From contig JBDRNO010000094.1 in the NCBI GenBank assembly GCA_043811005.1, forward strand, positions 319 through 64,318: DNA of 64,000 bases, read 5' to 3'. The stretch comes from Bacteroidota bacterium (GTDB lineage Bacteria > Bacteroidota > Bacteroidia > NORP154). The notes under the pieces are model-generated. The model ran no database searches. It worked only from the letters and a program-made list of their open reading frames with translations, and was not told the DNA's origin. Numbering within the stretch: position 1 is the stretch's first letter; each line of letters starts with the position of its first letter. Of this stretch, positions 9,926 to 18,452 are shown one piece after another. The translations under genes and the position numbers were made by a program.

Positions 9926-11203
9926 TTATACACTAACACCTTGTTTTTCAATCGCAAATTCTTCCCTGATCTTTTCAACATAATCCAGCTTTTCCCATCC
10001 GAAAAGTTCAACCGTGATAATTTCCTTTTTACCGTTATAATATACTTCAACATCTTTAGTTGCGGGTGTTCTGCCCATATGACCGTAAGCGGCTGTTTCG
10101 AAAAAAATAGGGTTTTTTAATCCGAATCTTTGGATTATTGCAGCGGGTCGCATATCAAAAATACTTATTATTCTTCCGGCTATTTGGCTATCAGTTAGCT
10201 TTACCCTGGCTGTTCCATAAGTGTTAACGCACAAGCCAACCGGCTTTGCCACACCAATGGCATAAGCTACCTGTACCTGCACTTCATCGGCAACACCTGC
10301 TGCAACAAGGTTTTTTGCAATATGACGGGCAGCATAAGCGGCTGATCGGTCAACTTTTGAAGCATCTTTACCTGAAAAAGCGCCACCGCCATGAGCGCCT
10401 TTACCTCCGTAAGTATCAACAATGATCTTTCTTCCTGTTAATCCGGTATCCCCGTGAGGACCGCCTATTACGAACTTGCCGGTTGGATTTACATGATAAA
10501 TAATATCATCACCGAATAGTTTCTGTATATGGCCAGGTAATTGCTGTTTAACCCTGGGAATGAGGATCTCAATTACATCTGACTTGATTTTTGCCAGCAT
10601 TTTCTCATCTTCGTCAAATTCATCGTGCTGTGTGGAAACAACGATAGTGTGTACTTTCTCAGGTTGGTTGCTATCATTATATTCAATGGTTACCTGGGAT
10701 TTTGAATCAGGGCGGAGGTAGGTCATCTTGTCATTTTCCCTTCTTATTACTGCTAATTCCATTAACAGCAGATGGGCAAGCTCCAGGGCAAGAGGCATAT
10801 AATTGTCGGTTTCTTTGATTGCGTAACCAAACATCATGCCCTGGTCACCTGCTCCCTGTTCATGATGCAAGCCCTTGCCTTCTTCCACACCCTGGCTTAT
10901 ATTAGGCGATTGTCCATGTATAGAGGAGATCACGCCACACGAATCTGCATCAAACATGTATGCTGATTTCGTGTATCCGATCTTTCTGATCACTTCTCTG
11001 GCAACTGCCTGAACATCAATATATGCCTTGGTCTTAACTTCACCGCATAAAACAGCCAAGCCGGTTGTAACAAGTATTTCACATGCAACTTTTGAATTAG
11101 GGTCGTGTTTTAAAAATTCATCTAATAAAGCATCGGATATCTGGTCTGCTAACTTATCAGGGTGACCTTCAGAGACTGATTCGGAGGTAAATAAGTATGC
11201 CAT
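9926..11203 (-). CDS. metK: S-adenosylmethionine synthetase
   Basis: FTSESVSEGHPDK, GAGDQG, DxKxQVT and GGGAFSGKD are MetK motifs. Confidence 0.95.
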   Translation of the reverse strand: MAYLFTSESVSEGHPDKLADQISDALLDEFLKHDPNSKVACEILVTTGLAVLCGEVKTKAYIDVQAVAREVIRKIGYTKSAYMFDADSCGVISSIHGQSPNISQGVEEGKGLHHEQGAGDQGMMFGYAIKETDNYMPLALELAHLLLMELAVIRRENDKMTYLRPDSKSQVTIEYNDSNQPEKVHTIVVSTQHDEFDEDEKMLAKIKSDVIEILIPRVKQQLPGHIQKLFGDDIIYHVNPTGKFVIGGPHGDTGLTGRKIIVDTYGGKGAHGGGAFSGKDASKVDRSAAYAARHIAKNLVAAGVADEVQVQVAYAIGVAKPVGLCVNTYGTARVKLTDSQIAGRIISIFDMRPAAIIQRFGLKNPIFFETAAYGHMGRTPATKDVEVYYNGKKEIITVELFGWEKLDYVEKIREEFAIEKQGVSV

Positions 11204-11319
11204 GATTTTAAGTTTTTTTATGTTCTATATTATTTGATTTCCAAATGTAAATTTGTTCTGAAAACGAGGTGCTAAAATAATCAAATGTACCGGAAATAAA
11301 AAGGTGGTTAAAAAATATT

Positions 11320-12225
11320 TTATTTTGTCAATTTCCTAAAAACCTCCTCCAGCCGTTGTTCTTCTTTTTGCATTGTCAAGACCAGCAGGTTCCTGCTATT
11401 AGCCAACTGTGAAATTTCATAACGTATATCCTTATCAGGGTGCGCAGATATTTTCCATGTATTGCCATCAATATTTTTTACGTCTGTCACTTTATCAATA
11501 TTCATTAATTCCTCTCTTGTAATGCTACCGCTGAACTCAACTGTGATCACCTGTTTTTTCCCGGTCTGTTCCTGCAGGTGGCTGACTGTATCATCTGCAA
11601 CTATCCTTCCTTTATGTATAATGATCGCCCTGTCACAAACCGCTTCTACTTCCTGCATGATATGCGTTGAAAGCATTACGGTTCTCTCTTTCCCTATTTC
11701 TTTGATGAGATCCCTGATCTCTGATAACTGTATTGGGTCTAATCCGGACGTGGGCTCATCTAATATCAGTACCTTGGGCTCGTGGATAAGTGCCTGTGCC
11801 AAGCCAACCCTTTGCCTGTATCCTTTGGACAATGCACCTATTTTTTTCTTTTGCTCGATTTGCAATCCGGTAGTTTCAATCATACCGGCAACACGTGATT
11901 TTATCTTTTTTATTTTATACAAACCGGCAACGAACGCAAGGTATTCCTTGACGTACATATCATGGTAAAGTGGATTGTTCTCTGGAAGATAGCCAACATA
12001 TTTCTTTACTTCAAGGGATTGCTCAACCACATCAAACCCGCAAACCGACACTTCACCCATTGTTTGTGAAATAAAGCAGGTGATGATCTTCATCATGGTT
12101 GTTTTCCCTGCTCCATTCGGGCCTAAGAAACCTACTACCTCTCCCGGTGAAACCTCAAACGAAACATCATCTAATGCTTTTTGTTTTCCGTAAAGTTTAG
12201 TAACATTACTGACTTGTATTGACAT
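11320..12225 (-). CDS. gldA: ABC transporter ATP-binding protein, GldA-like (gliding-motility-associated)
   Basis: Walker A GPNGAGKTT, signature LSKGYRQRV, Walker B LILDEP. End-to-end resemblance to Flavobacterium GldA as I recall it (MSI.V...TK.YG.QKAL..., ...LE.VFR..TK). Confidence 0.7.
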   Translation of the reverse strand: MSIQVSNVTKLYGKQKALDDVSFEVSPGEVVGFLGPNGAGKTTMMKIITCFISQTMGEVSVCGFDVVEQSLEVKKYVGYLPENNPLYHDMYVKEYLAFVAGLYKIKKIKSRVAGMIETTGLQIEQKKKIGALSKGYRQRVGLAQALIHEPKVLILDEPTSGLDPIQLSEIRDLIKEIGKERTVMLSTHIMQEVEAVCDRAIIIHKGRIVADDTVSHLQEQTGKKQVITVEFSGSITREELMNIDKVTDVKNIDGNTWKISAHPDKDIRYEISQLANSRNLLVLTMQKEEQRLEEVFRKLTK

Positions 12226-12244
12226 ATTTTAACTTAATGTAGAT

Positions 12245-12694
12245 GTATCGGAATTTCAATATCGTCTAAAATCTTTTTCGCCACGAATTTCACTAATTTT
12301 TTGTATCTCTAATAATAAAAAAGATACTTTAACCAAATAAAAATAATGACAATGGAAGGACATAGCTACGCAAATTTATTAAAAAAGAATTAATCGGAAA
12401 TTTCAATGCTTATTTTAAAATTTACTTATCTAATATTTACCCGCTCTGTCCTTGTTATTGGTTATTGGTTATTTGTTGAAATAAATGTATCTATGTACCA
12501 TTTACATAAAAGGTACATAAAATGGAATATATAGCAGGAAAAATTACTTTCAGTTAGAATTAAAAATAACGGAATAATAAATGTAGGTAACAAATGTTTA
12601 AACTTTTAACTCTAAACTTTGAACTTTTACAAATTATTTGTCGTAATTAGTGAAAATTAGTGTAATTAGTGGCTAAACATTGAAATTCCGATAC
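12245..12694. mobile_element. MITE-like non-coding element, about 450 bp, bounded by a perfect 16-bp terminal inverted repeat
   Basis: GTATCGGAATTTCAAT (12245-12260) is the exact reverse complement of ATTGAAATTCCGATAC (12679-12694). Inner arms are also related (gccacgaatttcactaatt versus the reverse complement of aattagtgaaaattagtgtaattagtggc). No ORF inside. Confidence 0.55.
12356..12453. repeat. Conserved ~100-nt inverted-repeat element carrying back-to-back -7 promoter boxes (copy A)
   Basis: AAGGACATAGC (12356-12366) pairs with GCTCTGTCCTT (12443-12453). It aligns along its whole length with copy B at 24034-24130. A minus-strand box TAAATTTG (12371-12378) faces gldA. Confidence 0.6.
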
Positions 12695-12761
12695 GTCAAG
12701 TTAATACCAATTTAATGCAAAGTTTGTAATAAATTAGCACTATTTTAAGAACAGAACTTCG

Positions 12762-12769
12762 TAATTTTG
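12762..12769 (+). promoter_or_regulatory. Bacteroidota -7 promoter box (TAnnTTTG) for rsgA
   Basis: TAATTTTG lies inside the motif AAGAACAGAACTTCGTAATTTTG, about 50 nt upstream of the rsgA ATG. Confidence 0.5.
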
Positions 12770-12818
12770 ATAAAAAGTTGGAATTAATCAAAATATTGAA
12801 TTTCCGATACTGTTAATT

Positions 12819-13754
12819 ATGCAGGGAATTGTAACAAAATCAACAGGAAGCTGGTGTACAGTCAGGCAAGAGAATGATATTAAGACCAATTGTATAGTTA
12901 AGGGAATTTTGCGGATCAGTGGGATAAAATCAACCAATCCCGTTGCTGTTGGAGACAACGTTGTGTTTGATATTTTAAATGACGGAACAGGTCTTATCTC
13001 TGAAATTCTAGAGAGGAAAAACTACATTATCCGTAAAGCGACCAAGCTATCTAAAAGGTCACATATCATCGCTGCAAATATTGACCGGGCATTCTTAATG
13101 ATTACTTTGGTACAACCTCCTACCACAACATTATTTATTGACCGCTTCCTCGTAACCGCAGAAGCATATCATATTCCGGTTGATATTATTATTAATAAGA
13201 TTGAAATATATACCGGAGATATATTATCTGAAATGAAAAAATTAACAAGCATATACGAACAGATTGGATTTAAATGCCACAAAATTTCGGCTCTAAAAGA
13301 TCAAAATATCGGGGGTTTAAGGGATTTATTCAGAGATAAAATAAATTTATTGTCCGGCAACTCCGGTGTTGGTAAATCCACTTTGATAAACACCCTGGAC
13401 CCCAATCTGAATTTAAAGATCGGGAAAATCTCATCCTATCATAAAAAGGGAACCCATACTACAGCTTTTGCAGAAATGCTGGAATTGCATAGTGGCGGTT
13501 ATATTATTGATACACCTGGCATTAAAAGCTTTGGTGTAATTGATATTGAAAAAGAAGAATTATCACATTATTTTCCCGAGATGAGAAACCTGTTGCACTA
13601 CTGCCAGTACCATAATTGCTGTCACATTAATGAACCAAACTGCGCTGTTATCAAAGCATTGGAAAAAGGGGAAATAGCTAAATCAAGGTACAGGAATTAT
13701 ATTGATATTTATGACAGTGATGACGGTGAGGCGTATAGGCAGAAAGGGTATTAG
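12819..13754 (+). CDS. rsgA: Ribosome small-subunit-dependent GTPase A
   Basis: Circularly permuted GTPase motifs (NKIE, GNSGVGKSTLIN, DTPG) and a C-terminal zinc knuckle (CQYHNCCHINEPNCAV). Confidence 0.9.
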   Translation: MQGIVTKSTGSWCTVRQENDIKTNCIVKGILRISGIKSTNPVAVGDNVVFDILNDGTGLISEILERKNYIIRKATKLSKRSHIIAANIDRAFLMITLVQPPTTTLFIDRFLVTAEAYHIPVDIIINKIEIYTGDILSEMKKLTSIYEQIGFKCHKISALKDQNIGGLRDLFRDKINLLSGNSGVGKSTLINTLDPNLNLKIGKISSYHKKGTHTTAFAEMLELHSGGYIIDTPGIKSFGVIDIEKEELSHYFPEMRNLLHYCQYHNCCHINEPNCAVIKALEKGEIAKSRYRNYIDIYDSDDGEAYRQKGY

Positions 13755-13756
13755 TT

Positions 13757-13789
13757 ATGCGTGACACGGTTCCAAACCGTGGCTCGCAT
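13757..13789. repeat. Palindromic element copy 1 (rsgA-dtd junction)
   Basis: atgcgtgacacggtt-cca-aaccgtggctcgcat, with imperfect 15-bp arms. Confidence 0.65.
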
Positions 13790-13799
13790 AAGAAAAGCA

Positions 13800-14273
13800 A
13801 TGAAAACAGTAATACAACGAGTAAAACATGCTTCGGTTGAAATTTCAGATATGCGTGACACGGTTTTTAACCGTGCCACGCGCGAGATCAACCACGGCAT
13901 TCTGATCTTCCTCGGCATAGAAGATGCCGACACACAGGAAGATATCCAATGGCTTAGCGGAAAAATTTCCCGGCTCAGGATCTTTAACGATTCAAATGGA
14001 GTAATGAACCTCTCTGTCAAGGATGTTGACGGAGAAATATTGGTCATCAGCCAGTTCACCCTACATGCAAGCACCAAAAAAGGCAATCGCCCCTCATATA
14101 TTAAAGCCGCAAAACCAGATATAGCAATACCTCTCTATGAAGCATTCGTCAGGCAATTGGAAAATGATCTGGGCAAACCGGTACAAACCGGTGAGTTTGG
14201 CGCAATGATGGATATTTCATTAATTAATGACGGTCCTGTTACTATCATAATTGATACTAAAAATAAGGAGTAA
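13800..14273 (+). CDS. dtd: D-aminoacyl-tRNA deacylase with an in-frame hairpin insert
   Basis: MKTVIQRV..ASV, SQFTL and NDGPVT match Dtd. I start at the ATG at 13800, because the ORF-track start at 13761 only reads through repeat copy 1. Confidence 0.88.
   Translation: MKTVIQRVKHASVEISDMRDTVFNRATREINHGILIFLGIEDADTQEDIQWLSGKISRLRIFNDSNGVMNLSVKDVDGEILVISQFTLHASTKKGNRPSYIKAAKPDIAIPLYEAFVRQLENDLGKPVQTGEFGAMMDISLINDGPVTIIIDTKNKE
13851..13883. repeat. Palindromic element copy 2, in frame inside dtd
   Basis: atgcgtgacacggtt-ttt-aaccgtgccacgc forms a 13-bp stem with one mismatch. It encodes DMRDTVFNRATR. Confidence 0.7.
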
Positions 14274-14297
14274 TTTTATTTTATTATTTTTTATTTC

Positions 14298-14371
14298 TGT
14301 ATTGCAATACTAATAATTTTACTTATCTTTGTATTCCAATACTAATATTTCGGGAAATATTAGTATTGCAT
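14298..14371. promoter_or_regulatory. Triple repeat and perfect palindrome between a -7 box and the AAA ATPase gene
   Basis: TATTGCAATACTAATAAT (14300-14317) and TATTCCAATACTAATATT (14332-14349) are direct repeats. CAATACTAATATTTC-gg-GAAATATTAGTATTG (14337-14368) is a perfect 15-bp inverted repeat. The box TATCTTTG (14324-14331) fits TAnnTTTG. Confidence 0.5.
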
Positions 14372-14402
14372 TCCTATTATTTCTATCTTAAACCTATACG
14401 TT

Positions 14403-15638
14403 ATGTTGGATGACCTCTTTCTATTAAGTCAGAATTTTCTTGAAATTAATAACAGGAAATATGTGCGTTATTTTTTAAGATCCAATAGATTAAATAACCG
14501 TTTCTCAATAATTATAGGACAAAGAGGGATTGGAAAAACTACAATTATCATTCAATATATTCTTTCCAAATACAAACAGGACATATTTACAAACAAGGCA
14601 ATTTATGTTCAGGCAGATCATTTTATGGTCAGAAAATATTCACTATATGAGATTGCCGAAGTATTTAGCAATTATGGTGGTGAATTGATTTGCTTTGATG
14701 AAATACATAAATACCATGATTGGTCAATGGAACTTAAAAGTATTAATGACACATTCCCTGAATTAAAAATAATTGCTTCCGGCAGTTCTGCTATCGAAAT
14801 TAGTAAAGGAACCCATGATTTAAGCAGAAGGGCGATAGTATATAAATTAAATGGCGTTTCTTTCAGAGAGTTTGTTGAATTGTCGCAGAATCTGGAATTT
14901 ATGAATTATACTATTGAGGATATTGTTCAGTATCATCAGGATATATGTAATTCAATTATTCGAAAGCTCGATAAAAAAAACAAAAAGGTTTTACCATTAT
15001 TTAAAAAATATCTTCAATATGGGTATTATCCCTATTATTTGGAATATGGGGATAAAAAATTATTTTATCTCACACTTGAGCAAAATGTTCATACTGTGCT
15101 TGAAAGCGATCTTTTAACGATCTATCCTCATTTAACCGGCAATAGTGTAAAAAAAATAAAGAAATTACTCTCTGTAATTGCTTCATCTGTTCCTTTTACA
15201 CCTGATCTCCAACGCCTTAAAATAATGCTTGATATTGGAGATCAAAGAACCTTAAAGAATTATTTCAAATATCTGGAAGATGCAGGTATAATCGCTATAC
15301 TTAATAAGGGTGGAAAAGGATTAAAAGAACTTGAAAAACCCGATAAAATATACTTAAATAACACTAATTTAATGTATGCCCTACAAAACTTAAATAATGC
15401 TGAAACAGGTAATATAAGGGAAACTTTTTTTATTAATATGGCTGGTTCTAAACACAAAGTATCAACCCCTGAGAAAGGCGATTTTTTGGTTGATAATAAA
15501 TACATTTTTGAAGTTGGCGGCAGGAATAAAGATTTCAGGCAAATAAAGAATTTGAAAAATTCATATTTAGCGCTGGATGATATCGAGATTGGTATAGGAA
15601 ATAAAATACCATTGTGGCTATTTGGATTCTTATATTAA
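14403..15638 (+). CDS. AAA+ ATPase of the AAA_14/DUF4143 type
   Basis: Walker A GQRGIGKTT and Walker B-like LICFDEIH. The ~410-aa architecture is typical of DUF4143 ATP-binding proteins. Confidence 0.7.
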   Translation: MLDDLFLLSQNFLEINNRKYVRYFLRSNRLNNRFSIIIGQRGIGKTTIIIQYILSKYKQDIFTNKAIYVQADHFMVRKYSLYEIAEVFSNYGGELICFDEIHKYHDWSMELKSINDTFPELKIIASGSSAIEISKGTHDLSRRAIVYKLNGVSFREFVELSQNLEFMNYTIEDIVQYHQDICNSIIRKLDKKNKKVLPLFKKYLQYGYYPYYLEYGDKKLFYLTLEQNVHTVLESDLLTIYPHLTGNSVKKIKKLLSVIASSVPFTPDLQRLKIMLDIGDQRTLKNYFKYLEDAGIIAILNKGGKGLKELEKPDKIYLNNTNLMYALQNLNNAETGNIRETFFINMAGSKHKVSTPEKGDFLVDNKYIFEVGGRNKDFRQIKNLKNSYLALDDIEIGIGNKIPLWLFGFLY

Positions 15639-15697
15639 TTGCAGCAAGTATCTATCTTTATTTAGTAACAAGTTTTTAAGAGCCTATATAACAATCA

Positions 15698-17494
15698 ATG
15701 ATCCGATATTTTATAAAAAATTTTTTCCTTTTTACTGTTTTAGCATCCGCTTTATGTAACGGTGGAGGGTTTGCCACCGCCCAAACTGGCTTCATCAATG
15801 AACACCATCATCAAATCAATGACTCCGATACTTTAACGATCATGTTTTACAATCTCCTGAATTTCCCAAATGGCGGCACCACTCCTAACCGGGAAGATAC
15901 CCTGAAAAAGATTTTACATTATGTTAAACCTGATATCTTAATAGTATGTGAATTGCAAAATGAGCAAGGAGCGGATACAATATTGAATTATGCTCTTAAT
16001 CAAAACGGTATTGATCATTATGTCCGTGCCAATTTTGTATCTAATCAATCCTCGGGAAATCAACTTCAAAACATGATATTTTATAACTCCAATAAAGTTG
16101 TTTTATCCAGCCAGGCAGAAATAATAACCGACCTCAGGGACTGGAATGAGTATATTGTTTATGGAAACGACCCCAACCTCTCCAATCATAACGACACTGC
16201 TTTTATTGATTTTTACGTATCTCATCTCAAATCCAGCAGTTCAAGTTCTGATCAAAACAGAAGAGAATTGGAATGTGATTCACTCAGGACCTATGTTGAT
16301 ACCAAGCCGCCGGGAAGGAATATGATACTTGGCGCTGATCTGAATATTTATACTGATGCTGAAGCTGCATATCAAACATTAACAACAGGCGCTGGGTATA
16401 AATTCAATGATCCTATCAGCAGCCCGGGAAGCTGGAACGATAATCCCGCTTTTACATCTATTCACACACAATGTACAAGACTGGTACAGGTGGGTAGTGA
16501 CGGAGCTTCTGCCGGCATGGATGACCGGTTCGACCAGATCCTGGTTTCAGATAGTGTACTTACCGGTGGCAATAGGGTAAAATACCTAAGCGGGTCCTAT
16601 TATGCATTGGGCAATGATGGGAATCATCTGAATGTTGCGATCATTGACACTCCTGCTAATAACTCAGCCCCTGATAGTATCATTAATGCATTGTATTATT
16701 TTTCCGATCATTTACCTGTAATAATGAAAATGACTATCACATATCCACCTTCTTTGTGTTCTGCGATTATTTCAGAAACAACGATGGTTACCTGTTTTGG
16801 AGATTCTGCCGGTTCGGCTACTGTATCTGCAACCGGGGGCACTGCTCCATTTAGTTATTTATGGAACGATCCAAATTCTCAAACAGACTCGATTGCAACA
16901 GGACTGCTGGCGGGCACATATAATGTCTCCGTAACTGATAGTAATGGCTGTATTGTGAATAATCCTGTAACCATTACCGAACCGTTGGATATCTCTTTAG
17001 TTTTAAATTCAACTGATGAGAACTGCCCGGGGAAAGGAGATGGAGCTATAGACCTGACAGTAACCGGAGGAATATCACCTTATACTAATTATTGGTTACC
17101 GGGTGGAGAAATAACTGAAGATATTTCCGGCTTACAAGAGGGAGTTTATATAGTAATTATAACAGATGCAATAAATTGTTTGGCATCAGATACAGTATTG
17201 ATTTCAACATTACAGGCAGAATGCCCTGACAGTTTGAACATCCCGTCCTCATTTACACCAAATAATGATGGGACGAACGATACATGGATAATCAGAGGCA
17301 TTGAGCTTTATCCTGAAATAGTTGTTGAAATCTATAACCGCTGGGGTTCATTGATGTTCAGTTCAAAAGGATATGGTGAACCCTGGGACGGTATCTATTA
17401 TGGAGAACCCGTGCCATCGGCAACGTATTACTATATAATTATTCTTGATGAAGATCAGGAACCAATAACAGGTACGGTGACGGTTGTGAGGTAA
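15698..17494 (+). CDS. Secreted endonuclease/exonuclease/phosphatase (EEP) family protein with SprB-type repeats and a T9SS type B C-terminal domain
   Basis: The N-terminal EEP fold shows LTIMFYNLLNF...CELQ...SDHLPV. Repeats read CFGDSAGSATVSATGGTAPFSYLWND...TYNVSVTDSNGC. The C-terminus reads IPSSFTPNNDGTNDTW...YNRWG...WDG...YYYII. Confidence 0.8.
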   Translation: MIRYFIKNFFLFTVLASALCNGGGFATAQTGFINEHHHQINDSDTLTIMFYNLLNFPNGGTTPNREDTLKKILHYVKPDILIVCELQNEQGADTILNYALNQNGIDHYVRANFVSNQSSGNQLQNMIFYNSNKVVLSSQAEIITDLRDWNEYIVYGNDPNLSNHNDTAFIDFYVSHLKSSSSSSDQNRRELECDSLRTYVDTKPPGRNMILGADLNIYTDAEAAYQTLTTGAGYKFNDPISSPGSWNDNPAFTSIHTQCTRLVQVGSDGASAGMDDRFDQILVSDSVLTGGNRVKYLSGSYYALGNDGNHLNVAIIDTPANNSAPDSIINALYYFSDHLPVIMKMTITYPPSLCSAIISETTMVTCFGDSAGSATVSATGGTAPFSYLWNDPNSQTDSIATGLLAGTYNVSVTDSNGCIVNNPVTITEPLDISLVLNSTDENCPGKGDGAIDLTVTGGISPYTNYWLPGGEITEDISGLQEGVYIVIITDAINCLASDTVLISTLQAECPDSLNIPSSFTPNNDGTNDTWIIRGIELYPEIVVEIYNRWGSLMFSSKGYGEPWDGIYYGEPVPSATYYYIIILDEDQEPITGTVTVVR

Positions 17495-17519
17495 AAAACG
17501 AATAATAAACCATAATAAA

Positions 17520-18440
17520 ATGAAAAAAACAGCAACGTTAGCACTGGTAATTCTCTTTTCTGCTGTTAGTTACGCTCAGCAACTTCCTTATCACAGCCAG
17601 TACATGTTTAACGATTTCCTTATAAATCCTGCAGTTGCAGGAAGTAAGGATTATTTTCCAATAATGCTTACATACAGAAATCAATGGATTGGCTTTAAAG
17701 ACGCACCTGAGACAATGACATTAAGCATGCACGGACCAGTTACAAGCAAGCAGATAAAAATCGGTGGCATTCTCTTCACTGATAAGACAGGACCAACGAG
17801 CCGTTCCGGGGCTGCTTTATCTTATGTCCATCACCTTCAACTTGGAAAAGACAAGGTCTCTTTTGGATTGTCGGCTATATTATTCCAATATATCCTTGAT
17901 AAAAGCGAACTTACAACAGATGAACCCGGTGATAAAGCTATTGATGGGGGGACAGTTAAGAAAATAGTTCCTGAAGCAACATTCGGAGTATATTATTACG
18001 GCAAGAATTATTATGCAGGATTCTCTGTTCCACAATTGATCCAAATGAAAGTGAATATTGGCGGAAGCCAATTGTTAAATAAGATGGTAAGGCATTATTT
18101 TCTAACTGCCGGCTATAAATTCGATATCAATGATAATTTTTCCATTGAGCCGTCATTATTGTTAAAGGCAATAACGGCAGCACCTGTGCAGATTGATATA
18201 AACTCAAAGCTCTGCTATCAAATGCCAGGAGTAAAGTCACCTTCATTCTGGCTGGGATTTTCATATAGAACAGAGGAATCGGTAATAGCATTGTTGGGAG
18301 CGGAAAAAAGCAACTTTAGCTTCGGCTATTCTTATGATTTTACCCTCACGAACATCAAGAAATATTCAACCGGCTCCCACGAAATATTTGCCGGGTACAA
18401 TTTACCGGTCAAAAAAGGTGGAAGGGCTTTGGTGGATTAA
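17520..18440 (+). CDS. PorP/SprF family type IX secretion system membrane protein
   Basis: Signal peptide followed by QQLPYHSQYMFNDFLINPAVAGS and RNQWIGFKDAPET, the canonical PorP/SprF N-terminus. Beta-barrel-like composition, and it lies immediately downstream of a type B cargo gene. Confidence 0.88.
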   Translation: MKKTATLALVILFSAVSYAQQLPYHSQYMFNDFLINPAVAGSKDYFPIMLTYRNQWIGFKDAPETMTLSMHGPVTSKQIKIGGILFTDKTGPTSRSGAALSYVHHLQLGKDKVSFGLSAILFQYILDKSELTTDEPGDKAIDGGTVKKIVPEATFGVYYYGKNYYAGFSVPQLIQMKVNIGGSQLLNKMVRHYFLTAGYKFDINDNFSIEPSLLLKAITAAPVQIDINSKLCYQMPGVKSPSFWLGFSYRTEESVIALLGAEKSNFSFGYSYDFTLTNIKKYSTGSHEIFAGYNLPVKKGGRALVD

Positions 18441-18452
18441 ACCAAAAAAACA

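Noticed and set aside
11204-11319. Possible SAM riboswitch upstream of metK
   Set aside because: I read the minus-strand leader and found none of the conserved SAM-I, SAM-II or other SAM-binding riboswitch blocks I know. The spacer is only about 115 nt and AT-rich.
11462-11968. Long antisense ORFs inside confirmed genes (11462-11968 in gldA, 13751-14086 in dtd, 57634-58026 in asd, 60101-60667 in ileS, 41961-42329 in the giant gene, and others)
   Set aside because: They oppose strongly supported conserved genes, have low-complexity or Ser/Ile/Phe-rich composition, and match no recognisable family.
13761-13799. GTG-initiated extension of dtd (MTRFQTVARIRKA)
   Set aside because: It only translates palindromic element copy 1. 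The conserved Dtd N-terminus MKTVIQRV begins at the ATG at 13800.
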